Positions 27,830-37,741 of a DNA stretch of 64,000 bases are shown piece after piece. Source of the DNA: an uncultured Bacteriovoracaceae bacterium (GTDB lineage Bacteria > Bdellovibrionota > Bacteriovoracia > Bacteriovoracales > Bacteriovoracaceae); NCBI GenBank assembly GCA_964012805.1, contig CAXGUD010000014.1, forward strand, positions 1 to 64,000, given 5' to 3'. How positions within the stretch are numbered: the stretch's first letter is position 1; each line of letters begins with the position of its first letter. Position numbers and translations under genes: made by a program. The notes beneath the pieces are model-generated. The model was not told the DNA's origin and ran no database searches. It was given only the letters and a program-made list of their open reading frames with translations.

Positions 27830-29341
27830 CTAGTAAGAGCGCCCAAAAAGAGCTTCTATAGTTGCCTCTTTACCTGTAAGAATGCATTTTCCAATTTTTC
27901 CATTCTGATCTTCTGGTAAACAACGAATCGACACCTTGAGCTTTTTTAGCTCTTCTTCCGTCTTAGAGTCACCACACCACTTGGCCCTAACAAACCCAAC
28001 CTTGCCTTCTTTTTTTTGAAAATAGGACTCAAACTCTTCTTTGGTCTTTAAACCAGTTTCTATATTACTGTCTCTAAAATTCTTTGCTTGCTGAAAATAA
28101 TTATTTTGTATTTCTTCTAATAGTTGAGGCACCTTTTCATTCAGTTCCTCAAAAGACATTTTGTGCTTATCCTTATGGGCCTTATCTCTTCTGGCCACCA
28201 TAACATTACCATTTTCAAGATCTCTAGGACCAATTTCCACCCTTAGAGGAATCCCCTTTTTTATCCATTCCCAGTTTTTTTCTCCGCCACCCTTATCTCT
28301 CTTGTCAACGCGTACTCTGATTTCGCGTCCACTGTAAAACTGGCTTTGTAAGTCCTTAGAGAGTTTTTGAGCACACTCTAAAACGGCCTCATCTTTGGTC
28401 GGGTCTTTACCAGGAGTAATAGGAAGAATAACAATATGTTGAGGAGCAACTCTAGGAGGAACTCTCATCCCATCGTCATCTCCATGAACCATAATCATTC
28501 CCCCAATTAGACGAGTGGAAACTCCCCAGCTCGTGGTATACGCATATTCCATATCACCGTTTTTATTACTAAATTGAATGTTAGAACTTTTAGAAAAATT
28601 TTGTCCTAAAAAATGTGATGTCCCTGCCTGTAAAGCCTTCCCATCTTGCATCATCGCTTCAATCGTAAAGGTATGAGTCGCTCCAGGAAACCTCTCTCCC
28701 TCACTTTTTTCCCCCGGAATAACAGGTAAAGCTAATTCATTTTCAGCAAAGTCCTTATATACTTTTAGCATTTTGAGAGTTTCTTCAATAGCTTCCTCTT
28801 CTGTACTATGAACGGTATGCCCTTCTTGCCATAAAAACTCAGCAGTTCTCAGAAAAATTCTTGGCCTCATTTCCCATCTGACAACATTGGCCCATTGGTT
28901 TATGAGAAGGGGTAGGTCACGATAAGAGTTCACCCATTTTGAAAATGACTCACCAATTATTGTTTCGGATGTTGGCCTTACAACCAAAGGCTCTTCTAAC
29001 TCTCCCGTCGGAACCAACTTCCCATCATTTTCTTCTAACCTATGATGAGTAACCACGGCGCACTCTTTAGCAAAACCCTCAACATGCTTTGCTTCTTTTT
29101 CTAAAAAGCTCAATGGAATAAAAAGTGGAAAGTAAGCGTTCTCATGCCCTGTATCTTTTATCATTTTATCAAGGAGGGACTGAATATTTTCCCAAAGGCC
29201 GTATCCCCAAGGCTTAATTACCATACAACCACGCACTGGAGAATTTTCTGCCAAATCAGAAGCTTTAATAACTTGCTGGTACCAACCAGGAAAATCATTC
29301 TCTCGAAGGGGGCTAATAGCAAACATGTTTTTCTTTCCCAA
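27830..29341 (-). CDS. proS: Proline--tRNA ligase, archaeal/eukaryal type
   Basis: VRPTSET, QWANVVRWE, FLWQEGHT, QAGTSHFLGQNF and WGVSTR motifs; ends GRSY; no INS editing domain. Confidence 0.97.
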   Translation of the reverse strand: MGKKNMFAISPLRENDFPGWYQQVIKASDLAENSPVRGCMVIKPWGYGLWENIQSLLDKMIKDTGHENAYFPLFIPLSFLEKEAKHVEGFAKECAVVTHHRLEENDGKLVPTGELEEPLVVRPTSETIIGESFSKWVNSYRDLPLLINQWANVVRWEMRPRIFLRTAEFLWQEGHTVHSTEEEAIEETLKMLKVYKDFAENELALPVIPGEKSEGERFPGATHTFTIEAMMQDGKALQAGTSHFLGQNFSKSSNIQFSNKNGDMEYAYTTSWGVSTRLIGGMIMVHGDDDGMRVPPRVAPQHIVILPITPGKDPTKDEAVLECAQKLSKDLQSQFYSGREIRVRVDKRDKGGGEKNWEWIKKGIPLRVEIGPRDLENGNVMVARRDKAHKDKHKMSFEELNEKVPQLLEEIQNNYFQQAKNFRDSNIETGLKTKEEFESYFQKKEGKVGFVRAKWCGDSKTEEELKKLKVSIRCLPEDQNGKIGKCILTGKEATIEALFGRSY

Positions 29342-29618
29342 AATTTGACACCTTTTTAAAAAAAACTGGTAAGCCTTCTTACTAATACATCGTGTTAAGT
29401 TTTACGGCCCAGAAAACTTAACTTAAATCTTTAGTCTTTACAATCAAAAAAATAAATGGCCAAATGTTAAGACGAAAGTTTTGGGCTCAATTATATCAAG
29501 TGGATGCACCTACCTCAGGGACTTCGAACACTTGGTAAGCGGTTCTTTTATAATAGGGATTTCTATGGAGGCTGCCGAAAGGTAAAAATTAAAATTGTTT
29601 TTCAAAGTGAGGTTAAGG

Positions 29619-30008
29619 ATGACTGTCATGGAAGATACAGGTTTTATAGTTAGGCAAAAAGAATACCTTCTTAAGCTTAGGAATGATCTACTCAATGCAA
29701 TTAAATACAAATCCACAGAAGACCTTCATATTCCTTCAGATGAAATTGTAGAAGACGGCGACCAAGCTCAGACCTACATTAATCAAAATGTTACTTTTGG
29801 GTTAAGAGAAAGAGAGTTAGCAAGGCTAAGAGAAATCGAGTCTGCACTTCTTAGAATAGAGAATGGGTCTTATGGTTTTTGCGAAGAGACTGATGAGCCA
29901 ATAGAAAAAAAGAGATTAGAAAAAGTTCCATGGGCAAGGCTCTCAATTGCAGCAGCAGAGGAAAAGGAGAGGGAGCAAAGCAACCTCAGAAAGCCAAAGT
30001 CTGTCTAG
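29619..30008 (+). CDS. dksA: DksA/TraR family protein, single-Cys type
   Basis: Coiled-coil tip EDGDQA; RIENGSYGFCEETDEPIEKKRL..PWARLSIAA. Confidence 0.85.
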   Translation: MTVMEDTGFIVRQKEYLLKLRNDLLNAIKYKSTEDLHIPSDEIVEDGDQAQTYINQNVTFGLRERELARLREIESALLRIENGSYGFCEETDEPIEKKRLEKVPWARLSIAAAEEKEREQSNLRKPKSV

Positions 30009-30019
30009 CAGGTCCAAAT

Positions 30020-30056
30020 AAAAAGAGGGAAGCACTTTTCAATATCGCTTCCCTCT
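30020..30056 (-). terminator. Intrinsic terminator for rpmG-rpsN, possibly bidirectional
   Basis: 10-bp stem AGAGGGAAGC/GCTTCCCTCT with a T-run on the minus strand. Confidence 0.75.
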
Positions 30057-30096
30057 AAATTTATTATTATATAAAAAGTGGCTTATTCTTTAAGAA

Positions 30097-30402
30097 TCAC
30101 CAGCTTGATTTTGTCACACCAGGAATCATTCCCTGCAACGCAAGCTCTCTAAAAGCGATTCTAGAAAGGTTAAATCTTCTGTAATAAGCACGCGGTCTTC
30201 CTGTCAAACCACAACGGTTTCTATGACGAACCTCTGCAGAGTTTCTAGGAAGCTTAGAAAGCTTATAACGGGCTTCAGCTCTTTCCTCATCACTCAAAGT
30301 CATGTCTTTAGACTTCTTTCTGAGCTCAATTCTACGATCTTTGTACTTAGCGACAAGTTTAGCTTTCTTCTCATTAGCAACAACTTTAGATAACCTCGCC
30401 AT
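30097..30402 (-). CDS. rpsN: 30S ribosomal protein S14, long zinc-independent type
   Basis: [42 protein letters not shown]. Confidence 0.98.
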   Translation of the reverse strand: MARLSKVVANEKKAKLVAKYKDRRIELRKKSKDMTLSDEERAEARYKLSKLPRNSAEVRHRNRCGLTGRPRAYYRRFNLSRIAFRELALQGMIPGVTKSSW

Positions 30403-30446
30403 TAAAAATATCTCCTTAAAAGTTTTAACCTTGTGTGATAATACCC

Positions 30447-30650
30447 TTACTTAATTTCTTTATGCAACGTATGACGTCTTAAAAATGGATTGTATTTTTT
30501 CATTTCAATACGTTCGGGAGTTGTTTTCTTGTTTTTTGTAGTCGTATATCTAGAAGGTGAATTTCCTTCTTTTCTCGCTTCAGTACATTCAAGGGTCACA
30601 GTCACTCTTGGACCTTTACTTCTTTTCCCTTTTCCTTTTTTCGCCGCCAT
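30447..30650 (-). CDS. rpmG: 50S ribosomal protein L33, zinc-independent type
   Basis: [45 protein letters not shown] 30650 preceded by AAGGAAGG. Confidence 0.96.
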   Translation of the reverse strand: MAAKKGKGKRSKGPRVTVTLECTEARKEGNSPSRYTTTKNKKTTPERIEMKKYNPFLRRHTLHKEIK

Positions 30651-30681
30651 CTTAACGCCCTTCCTTTTTATAATTTTTGAA

Positions 30682-30715
30682 GGCGCCAATATAGCATAAA
30701 TGAATGGTTATGCAA
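30682..30715 (-). promoter_or_regulatory. Sigma-70-like promoter of rpmG-rpsN with GC-rich discriminator
   Basis: TTGCAT-N16-TATATT with extended TG, followed by GGCGCC. Confidence 0.5.
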
Positions 30716-30782
30716 GTAACTTTGGCAAAGAACATCTAAAGAAATTCTATCGAGGAAAAGACTCAAAGCATCTCAATAAACT

Positions 30783-31205
30783 TTATTCATCATGCTTAAC
30801 AAGCTTTAGCTTTGGCTTTTTAAGCAGTTTCTCAACAGTGCTAATGAGTGTTTTATTAAACTCTTTAAAGTCATCGTCAGCTTTATCCATTTCTTCTTGA
30901 CCCAACAAGTCTTTTGTCTTGTCAACCACTATTTTCGCATAGAGACTCTGAGAGAGGATATCTCCTTTCATTTGACCTTCAAGATGCGCTATGTCGCATT
31001 TGTTTTCATTCAACTTTTCTATAAATTCATCTTTCCCCAAATTTTCCGCCAACCAATCTTCATTTCCATCTACTTTAAGAGACCATTTATTATTTGGGGC
31101 CCAAAAAACCTCAAACTTTTTAACATCGTAGACATCTTTTAAAACCCAATACCGCTTCTTGTCCATCGAATAAGAGTTTATAAAATCCATAAATTTTTCA
31201 ATCAT
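30783..31205 (-). CDS. Hypothetical protein
   Basis: 140-aa ORF filling the gap, with typical composition; ends KPKLKLVK. Confidence 0.75.
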   Translation of the reverse strand: MIEKFMDFINSYSMDKKRYWVLKDVYDVKKFEVFWAPNNKWSLKVDGNEDWLAENLGKDEFIEKLNENKCDIAHLEGQMKGDILSQSLYAKIVVDKTKDLLGQEEMDKADDDFKEFNKTLISTVEKLLKKPKLKLVKHDE

Positions 31206-31257
31206 TGTCTTTTTCCATGATAAGAACGTTTATCTCAAAAAGATCTTTCTCCATGAT

Positions 31258-31284
31258 CTATCGACAAATAAAAAAAAAAGTATA
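31258..31284 (-). promoter_or_regulatory. Sigma-28/FliA-like promoter
   Basis: TATA-N15-GTCGATAG on the minus strand. Confidence 0.5.
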
Positions 31285-31378
31285 GTACGGAGTCATTTCA
31301 TCGGGTATCGGAAGTTGCGCTAAAGCCAACTTCATCTTCCTTCTTCTAATATGAAAAGTTAAGTCATCTTTTTAAAAA

Positions 31379-31951
31379 TTAGATTTTTCTTAGGTGGGAC
31401 TCAACAAGTTCAGGATTTATTCTTCCATCTTCTCCAATAAGAGTTTCATCAAGAAGAACTTCTTGGATGAGCCCAACTAAGACATAAGAATTTGTCTCTT
31501 TAATAGGGATACACTCTTTTTTAAGGAGTCCAATTTTTATAAGAGCTTCCGCTGCATATGGGGCCTCGATGCTTCCAGTGTAAAACTCAGTGAAGGCATT
31601 GGGATTCACATCAGAAAAGTCATGAGTAAAATAAAGGTGGGGATTTTCCCTTTTTTTGTATTGGGACTTGTCTACATGGTTTATCGTGAAAGAGTCTTGT
31701 TCGATAAGGTTTTTAATAGTTTGAGGCTCTACATGAAGAGGTGAAACCGCTAGACCAATGACGGCGGGGTCTGCACCCAAATGAAAGCATGCACTAGTAA
31801 GGCCCAAATTAGGTTGGCTCTCAGCATTTATCGTACCAATAAGATTTGAACTTTCAAAGCCACTCAAAGAATTGATGAAATTAACTTTAAATGCTTCTTT
31901 CATCTGCTTAAATTCTTCTAGTGAAAAAAGCTTCATATCATTATCAATCAT
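31379..31951 (-). CDS. Flavin reductase-like (DIM6/NTAB) protein
   Basis: FINSLSGF.S.NLIGT, HLGADPA, T.KNL...FTINHV and APY motifs; ATG 31951 has an AAGG RBS. Confidence 0.85.
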   Translation of the reverse strand: MIDNDMKLFSLEEFKQMKEAFKVNFINSLSGFESSNLIGTINAESQPNLGLTSACFHLGADPAVIGLAVSPLHVEPQTIKNLIEQDSFTINHVDKSQYKKRENPHLYFTHDFSDVNPNAFTEFYTGSIEAPYAAEALIKIGLLKKECIPIKETNSYVLVGLIQEVLLDETLIGEDGRINPELVESHLRKI

Positions 31952-32073
31952 ATTTTTTACCTTTAACAGGACCCTAAGTAGAGTCTCCCCCAACATCCTA
32001 TCAATTAACATACTAATGGAAACCACCTCTTAAAGGGAGGCTTGGAAAAAAATACCGGAAAAAGGCTGGGATT

Positions 32074-32991
32074 CTAGGAAGATATATTATTTATCCTCTC
32101 TAGAGCTTTATAAAGGGCCTGTGTCCCCAGTTGACCTCCTCCTTGGTCTTTTAGGGCCAAATAAAGCTGATGGGCCAAGGAAAGACCAGGAAGGCCCAAA
32201 TCCATTTTTTTGGCCTCCTCGAGAGCAATCCCCATATCCTTGATAAAGTGATCTACGTAAAAACCTGGTGTAAAGTCTTTCTTTAAAATCCGCCGCCCCA
32301 GTTGAGATAAGCTCCAACTTGCAGCCGCTCCACTTTCCACAGACTCAAGAACCTTCCAAGGATCCATCCCGACCTTATATGCGTAGAGAAGGGCCTCTGA
32401 AACACCAATCATATTTGTTGCAATGAGGGTTTGATTAACCATTTTCGCATGTTGACCCAGCCCATACGAACCGTGGTAAACAATGGTTTTACCCAAGATT
32501 TCCCAAAAATACCTAAGTTTGTGAAAAGCCGCTTCATCTCCTCCAACCATGATTGATAATGTTCCATTAACAGCTCCGATATCTCCACCTGAAACAGGTG
32601 CATCCAAAGAGAGAGCACCCCTTTGACCAAGCATTCCCCCAACTTTTAAGGCCAAGCTTGGTGAACTTGTGGTCATATCTACAACGACTTTACCTGACAA
32701 TTCTTTCTCACTTTGTAGAAACCCGTGTCCACCAAAGATGCAAGAATGAACATCTTCAGGAAGCCCAACCATCATAAAAACTATATTAACTTTTTCAATG
32801 AGGTCACAGGGTCTATCTACCCAAACGGCACCTTCATTTAAGAGATCTCTGGCCTTTTCCTTAGTTCTATTATGGACGAAGAGGTTTACTCTTTCTTTTT
32901 GAAGCCTTTTGGCCATGGAAAGCCCCATAACCCCCGTACCAATCCAACCTACATTTAAGCCGGAAAGAGTAAGAGCTGAAGATTCTGTCAT
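32074..32991 (-). CDS. NAD(P)-dependent oxidoreductase, 3-hydroxyisobutyrate dehydrogenase / tartronate semialdehyde reductase family
   Basis: GWIGTGVMG, DMTTS, LDAPVSGGD, KMVNQ and FIKDM motifs. Confidence 0.92.
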   Translation of the reverse strand: MTESSALTLSGLNVGWIGTGVMGLSMAKRLQKERVNLFVHNRTKEKARDLLNEGAVWVDRPCDLIEKVNIVFMMVGLPEDVHSCIFGGHGFLQSEKELSGKVVVDMTTSSPSLALKVGGMLGQRGALSLDAPVSGGDIGAVNGTLSIMVGGDEAAFHKLRYFWEILGKTIVYHGSYGLGQHAKMVNQTLIATNMIGVSEALLYAYKVGMDPWKVLESVESGAAASWSLSQLGRRILKKDFTPGFYVDHFIKDMGIALEEAKKMDLGLPGLSLAHQLYLALKDQGGGQLGTQALYKALERINNISS

Positions 32992-32994
32992 TCC

Positions 32995-33921
32995 TTAACC
33001 TCCATTAGGTAGAGGCTCAATCTTCCATTCTATTTTTTCTCTTTGACAAAAACGCTGAATCTTTTTAAGCCCATCAGCAACGCGGTCTATGTATTTCGAA
33101 GCAGTTTCCTGGTGGTAACCAATAGATAAGTTGATGGTGTCATCCATACACTTCTTGTCTTTAAAAGTTTCCCAATTTCTTTTAAATGCCCAAAAAATTT
33201 CATCACCAGTCATATAGTCGGCAAGACAACCATTGTCTGGAATCTCCCACAGTGGTTGAATTAATTGATCCTCTCCTTCTCCTAATATGACATAAGGTTG
33301 GGTGGTTTCGGTAATATCGGGCCAAATCTGATCCAGCCAATCGTGAAGAATGGGGGACTTTCTCTTATCCTTTAATAAAAAAGGAGGAACAGCTGAACTG
33401 TCAAAAAGAAAACCCTCTAACTGAATTGCCTTAAGTACATCTTCTGTGGCCATCCACCCACCCGCCCTAAAGCTTTTAGGGCGGCGTAAGTCGTACCTCT
33501 TAAATATGTCGAGACTACACCGCACAACGCTCCTCAATTCTTCAACACTGTAGGCACTAATTGGGACGTCGTGACCAAAGTCCATACCGGACTCATACTG
33601 CTGGTTCATTTTTGCAAGAGGCAGCACCTTATCTTGAACCCAACTTGGTCCAGGTTTATAGCTCACCCCAGACTTTTCAAACAAAGTTCGCCATCCGTGA
33701 ATATGAAGACCGTGCTCATCACCTTTTTTCAAAACAGAAGTTATTTTCTTTTGAACCAAACCATGATTAACGTTGGCCTTTGTGAAATAAGCAGCATTTA
33801 AGAAATGGAGTGTTTTAGCCTCAGGAAATTGATCTCTAAACGTTTTTATGGCCTCAAGGTTTTTTTCGTCTAATTCACGACCTTCCCAGTCAACACTCAA
33901 AATAACTCTTACCTGATTCAT
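32995..33921 (-). CDS. Polysaccharide deacetylase-like (NodB superfamily) protein
   Basis: SVDWE, HGLHIH, SFRAGGW and FDSS motifs; no signal peptide. Confidence 0.7.
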   Translation of the reverse strand: MNQVRVILSVDWEGRELDEKNLEAIKTFRDQFPEAKTLHFLNAAYFTKANVNHGLVQKKITSVLKKGDEHGLHIHGWRTLFEKSGVSYKPGPSWVQDKVLPLAKMNQQYESGMDFGHDVPISAYSVEELRSVVRCSLDIFKRYDLRRPKSFRAGGWMATEDVLKAIQLEGFLFDSSAVPPFLLKDKRKSPILHDWLDQIWPDITETTQPYVILGEGEDQLIQPLWEIPDNGCLADYMTGDEIFWAFKRNWETFKDKKCMDDTINLSIGYHQETASKYIDRVADGLKKIQRFCQREKIEWKIEPLPNGG

Positions 33922-33974
33922 TGGTTCAAATTCCCCTTATTAATCAACAAAAGTATAAATAATTTGAAATTGTG

Positions 33975-34283
33975 TCACTGACTCAAATCGACAGAAAACT
34001 TTTTGCCAGTTATTCTGCTGGATCCTTTGTCTTCAATTCTAGGCCGATTACTTTCCTTTTTGTCCATCAGGATTGCCTCAACGATCTCCTCAGGAAAAAC
34101 GTCCAGCTCCTTACACAGAGAGTTAATCATTTTGGGGTGAATTGAACGGAGACCCTTCTCAACTTCTCCGATAAAGCCTTCATCACAATTTAACCGCCTA
34201 GAAAGTTCAACTTCTGAGACCTGCTTGGGCAAGGACAATCTTTTCTCCTTAACAACCCGGCCGATATTTTTATGGCTTTCCAT
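33975..34283 (-). CDS. XRE-family HTH transcriptional regulator
   Basis: IG..VKEKR...SEVELSRRL...FIGEVEKG..SI HTH pattern; GAGGGAG RBS. Confidence 0.75.
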   Translation of the reverse strand: MESHKNIGRVVKEKRLSLPKQVSEVELSRRLNCDEGFIGEVEKGLRSIHPKMINSLCKELDVFPEEIVEAILMDKKESNRPRIEDKGSSRITGKKFSVDLSQ

Positions 34284-34438
34284 CTACTTACTCCCTCAGC
34301 AAGGATTTTTTCCCATTCTATTTCTATATCTTTCTAGTGTAAATAAAACTCAAAATCAAAAAAAAATATCCATAACGCAAAGCTAGAAAACCCTAATTCA
34401 TGACCGCTCCAAAAAAATGAGTATTGGAATAAATTAGT

Positions 34439-34465
34439 TAAATGGAACAGAAAATATGCCGAAGA
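34439..34465 (+). promoter_or_regulatory. Sigma-28/FliA-like promoter upstream of cheY-like gene
   Basis: TAAA-N15-GCCGAAGA, close to consensus. Confidence 0.7.
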
Positions 34466-34508
34466 TGAGTTTATCTGGAAATGGATTGAGCTTCAAGGAG
34501 TACCCAAA

Positions 34509-34919
34509 ATGGGCGAAGAAGTCAGAAAAGACCTCAAAATCTTAATTGTAGACGACATGGTTACAATGAGAAGGATTCTAAAAAAACACCTGATTTCTTT
34601 GGGCTTTACCAATTTTAATGAAGCCCATGACGGGCAAAAGGCACTTAACCTTATAAAAACGGGGATTGAACTAGGTGTTAACTTTGATCTTATTATATCC
34701 GACTGGAATATGCCTGGCATGACAGGCCTAGATCTTCTTAAAGAAATAAGGTCTATGGAAAATGAAATAAAAGACGTACCGTTTCTTATGATTACAAATG
34801 AAACAAAGCAAGGAAATGTTGTGTTGGCGGTTCAAGCTGGCGTCAATGGTTATATTGGAAAACCGTTTTCTGCACACATTTTATACGATAAAATTAAAAA
34901 GCTATGCGAAAATAATTGA
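34509..34919 (+). CDS. cheY: CheY-like response regulator
   Basis: ILIVDDMVTMRRI, ISDWNMPGMTGLDLLKEIR, PFLMIT and AGVNGYIGKPF motifs. Confidence 0.85.
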   Translation: MGEEVRKDLKILIVDDMVTMRRILKKHLISLGFTNFNEAHDGQKALNLIKTGIELGVNFDLIISDWNMPGMTGLDLLKEIRSMENEIKDVPFLMITNETKQGNVVLAVQAGVNGYIGKPFSAHILYDKIKKLCENN

Positions 34920-35110
34920 CCTCTTTGACTAACCGAACAATTCTATTTCACTATTGAAGTTATAAAGAATCTTTTAGATCACTGCAATTAAAACTAAAAA
35001 ACCTGAGCCTTTCACCCTTTTTAACTTGATTATATCAAATGAGCAGAGGTACTTTTAGTTAGATTTAACTAATTTAATTAAAAATGAACTGTTTCTTAGG
35101 GGGAATTTCC

Positions 35111-36736
35111 ATGAACGATTATCCAGACATTGGTCTCAACATTAAAGAAAAAGGAATAAATACCTTTTTAAACTCGGACAATAAAACTTTAATAAATAAA
35201 GCAGTTGAGCTAGGTCATGGGATTTTAAGTAAAACAGGTTCTTTAGTTGTCGAAACCGGTTTTTTTACCGGTCGGGCAGCAAAAGACAAGTACGTTGTTA
35301 AAAATAAAGAAACAGAGCATACGATATGGTGGGAAAACTCCCTTAATGAAATGTCAGAGGAAACCTTTGAATCTTTAAAAATTAAAGCTATCGATTATTT
35401 AAACAAGCAAGAAAACCTTTTTATTACCGAGAGAAGTGTTGGAGCACACACCACCCACAATATTGGGGCCCGTCTCATCTCAAATAGACCATCTGCTGCC
35501 CTTTTTTCAAATCACCTTTTTAGAGAGAAAATGAGAGAGTTTGATCAAAGGGACTTCACAATCCTCCACGTTCCTGGTCTTGAAATCGATCCAGAAGACT
35601 ATTCAGACCTCCGCTCAAAAACGGTTATTACAACATGCTTTGAAAAGAAAATCACTATTATCATGGGAACCTACTACGCGGGCGAAATTAAAAAATCTAT
35701 GTTTTCAGTTTTAAACTATTTACTGCCTGACCAAGGAATTCTCCCAATGCATGCGGGGGCGAATGAAGGCGAAAAAGAAGGTCCCTCAGTTTTCTTCGGC
35801 CTATCCGGAACAGGAAAAACAACACTTTCAACAGATGAAGGAAGACTTCTTATCGGAGATGATGAACACGCACTCCATGATGAAGGACTTTTCAACTTTG
35901 AAGGTGGTTGCTATGCCAAAACTTTTAAACTTTCTAAAGAAGCGGAGCCAGGAATCTGGGAAGCATCAAACCGCTTCGGAAATATGCTGGAAAATGTTGT
36001 CATAGATAAGAAAACACTGGAGGTTGACTTTGACGATAAAAGCCTTTCAGAAAATGGTCGGTCGAGCTACCCGTTAAGCTTTATTGAAGGAATAAAGCCT
36101 TCATCTCAAGGCCCTCTACCGAAACAAATTTTCTTCCTTTGCGCTGATGCCTTCGGTGTATTACCACCTGTTTCCAAGCTGACAAAAGAGCAGGCCATGT
36201 TCTATTTTGTATTGGGCTATACCGCGAAAGTTGCAGGTACCGAAATTGGAGTCAAAGAGCCAACCGCAACCTTTTCTCCATGTTTCGGGGCTCCTTTTAT
36301 GCTTAGGCACCCAAGTGTATATGCTGAGTTACTTGGCAAGTTTATTGAAAAGCACAACATTCAGGTTTGGTTAGTCAACACAGGTTGGACTGGTGGTGTT
36401 TACGGAGTTGGTGAAAGGTTTCCAATAAAAGTCACTCGTCAGATCATTAGGGCCATCCAGAAAGATAATCTTAAAAACACTCCTATGGTTGAGGAAGATA
36501 TTTTTGGACTCCAAATTCCAAAAAGTTTAAGTGGAGTTCCAGAAAGCCTTCTTAACCCAAGGAATGTTTGGGAAAACAAGTCTGATTATGATGAAAAAGC
36601 AAAAGAACTTGCACTTTCTTTTCACAAAAAAATGAAAAAATTTCCTTCTTTTTATCAATCATATAAGGTGGGCTCTCCTACCTATAGAGGAAAAACAGCC
36701 TCTTATAGATTCCCTGAAAAAACAACAAGCCCATAA
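35111..36736 (+). CDS. pckA: Phosphoenolpyruvate carboxykinase (ATP)
   Basis: YAGEIKK, FFGLSGTGKTTLS, LIGDDEH, NFEGGCYAK and WLVNTGW motifs. Confidence 0.98.
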   Translation: MNDYPDIGLNIKEKGINTFLNSDNKTLINKAVELGHGILSKTGSLVVETGFFTGRAAKDKYVVKNKETEHTIWWENSLNEMSEETFESLKIKAIDYLNKQENLFITERSVGAHTTHNIGARLISNRPSAALFSNHLFREKMREFDQRDFTILHVPGLEIDPEDYSDLRSKTVITTCFEKKITIIMGTYYAGEIKKSMFSVLNYLLPDQGILPMHAGANEGEKEGPSVFFGLSGTGKTTLSTDEGRLLIGDDEHALHDEGLFNFEGGCYAKTFKLSKEAEPGIWEASNRFGNMLENVVIDKKTLEVDFDDKSLSENGRSSYPLSFIEGIKPSSQGPLPKQIFFLCADAFGVLPPVSKLTKEQAMFYFVLGYTAKVAGTEIGVKEPTATFSPCFGAPFMLRHPSVYAELLGKFIEKHNIQVWLVNTGWTGGVYGVGERFPIKVTRQIIRAIQKDNLKNTPMVEEDIFGLQIPKSLSGVPESLLNPRNVWENKSDYDEKAKELALSFHKKMKKFPSFYQSYKVGSPTYRGKTASYRFPEKTTSP

Positions 36737-36749
36737 TATTTTGACAAGT

Positions 36750-36791
36750 TTGAAGAGAGGAACCTTTTACGTTTTTGGTTCCTTTCTTCAA
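36750..36791 (+). terminator. Long hairpin downstream of pckA
   Basis: 15-bp stem TTGAAGAGAGGAACC/GGTTCCTTTCTTCAA with one G-U pair. Confidence 0.65.
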
Positions 36792-36823
36792 TAGAATTTA
36801 GGTCAATAAAAAAGGGCCCAACT

Positions 36824-37669
36824 TTGATCGTTTATCTTTGTAGGCAAAAAAGAAAATTCTTCACACCTCTTTTCATACTTTTTTTTAACTTTTCTTTTCC
36901 ACACGAAAAAGCACTCGCACTCGAAAAAAGCAGGTTAAAAGATCCGCAAAAAATTCTTTTGGAATTATTCAAAGGTAAGCCAATACATAGGCGTTTTTCA
37001 AATTTTATAAAAATAAAAAAACAAGTGCCCTTTCAACTACAAAAACTCGCCAAAGGGATGATAACAAAAGATGCTTTTAAAAACCTGACAAAAAACTATA
37101 ATGATCAAGTTCCAGAAATCATATTGAATTGGGGAAGTGGAAGTCCGAAGGCAAGGTTTTTTAAAAACCAAGAGGTCACAGATTTTTTTTCAAACCTCTT
37201 TTATAAAATAATTGACATCAGTAAACACAATCAACTCTCAATAAGCTTAAATACCACAGACCTTTTCCATGGACACCTAGTTTATCTTAATCAAAAAAGA
37301 GGTGACCTTATTATTGTTTTTCATGCACAAGAATATCCCCATGAATTACCCTTTACCCGCAGTAAATCCATAGAAGCCGTCGTAACTTATAAATCAATCC
37401 TCAAAGGAAAAAAATTTGGATATAAGACAGTTTCTTTTAAAAGAAGAAACTTTATCTGGAGTTTAAAAGAAAATAAATTATTTAACCTCAATACAGATGA
37501 CAAGGGACCTTTCTTTTCTTTAATTTTTCCTAAAGGCTGGATCGAAAATAAGGAACTTAAAAGACTGGCCCTCCTTGGAAACTCAGTTCAAGACAACCTA
37601 TTAGGAAATGGTCTGGGCAGTCTTAACTTCTTTCCAGATCAGAAAATTCCACTCTACTGGTCACCCTAA
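36824..37669 (+). CDS. Hypothetical exported protein
   Basis: Basic plus hydrophobic N-terminus ending ALA; 281-aa ORF. Confidence 0.65.
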   Translation: MIVYLCRQKRKFFTPLFILFFNFSFPHEKALALEKSRLKDPQKILLELFKGKPIHRRFSNFIKIKKQVPFQLQKLAKGMITKDAFKNLTKNYNDQVPEIILNWGSGSPKARFFKNQEVTDFFSNLFYKIIDISKHNQLSISLNTTDLFHGHLVYLNQKRGDLIIVFHAQEYPHELPFTRSKSIEAVVTYKSILKGKKFGYKTVSFKRRNFIWSLKENKLFNLNTDDKGPFFSLIFPKGWIENKELKRLALLGNSVQDNLLGNGLGSLNFFPDQKIPLYWSP

Positions 37670-37741
37670 TAGATATTTGGCGATTAGAAATAAAAAACTA
37701 TAAAATATCAATTGGAAGTAAAACCAAAAGGAAATTAGATT

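Noticed and set aside
29490..29550. Structured RNA in the proS/dksA intergenic region
   Set aside because: Only short, bulged pairings were found by eye; no T-box or other known motif.
36680..36736. Stop-codon loss or readthrough extending pckA over a small hairpin
   Set aside because: The extension is short and the hairpin weak; cannot be distinguished from ordinary C-terminal variation without orthologues.
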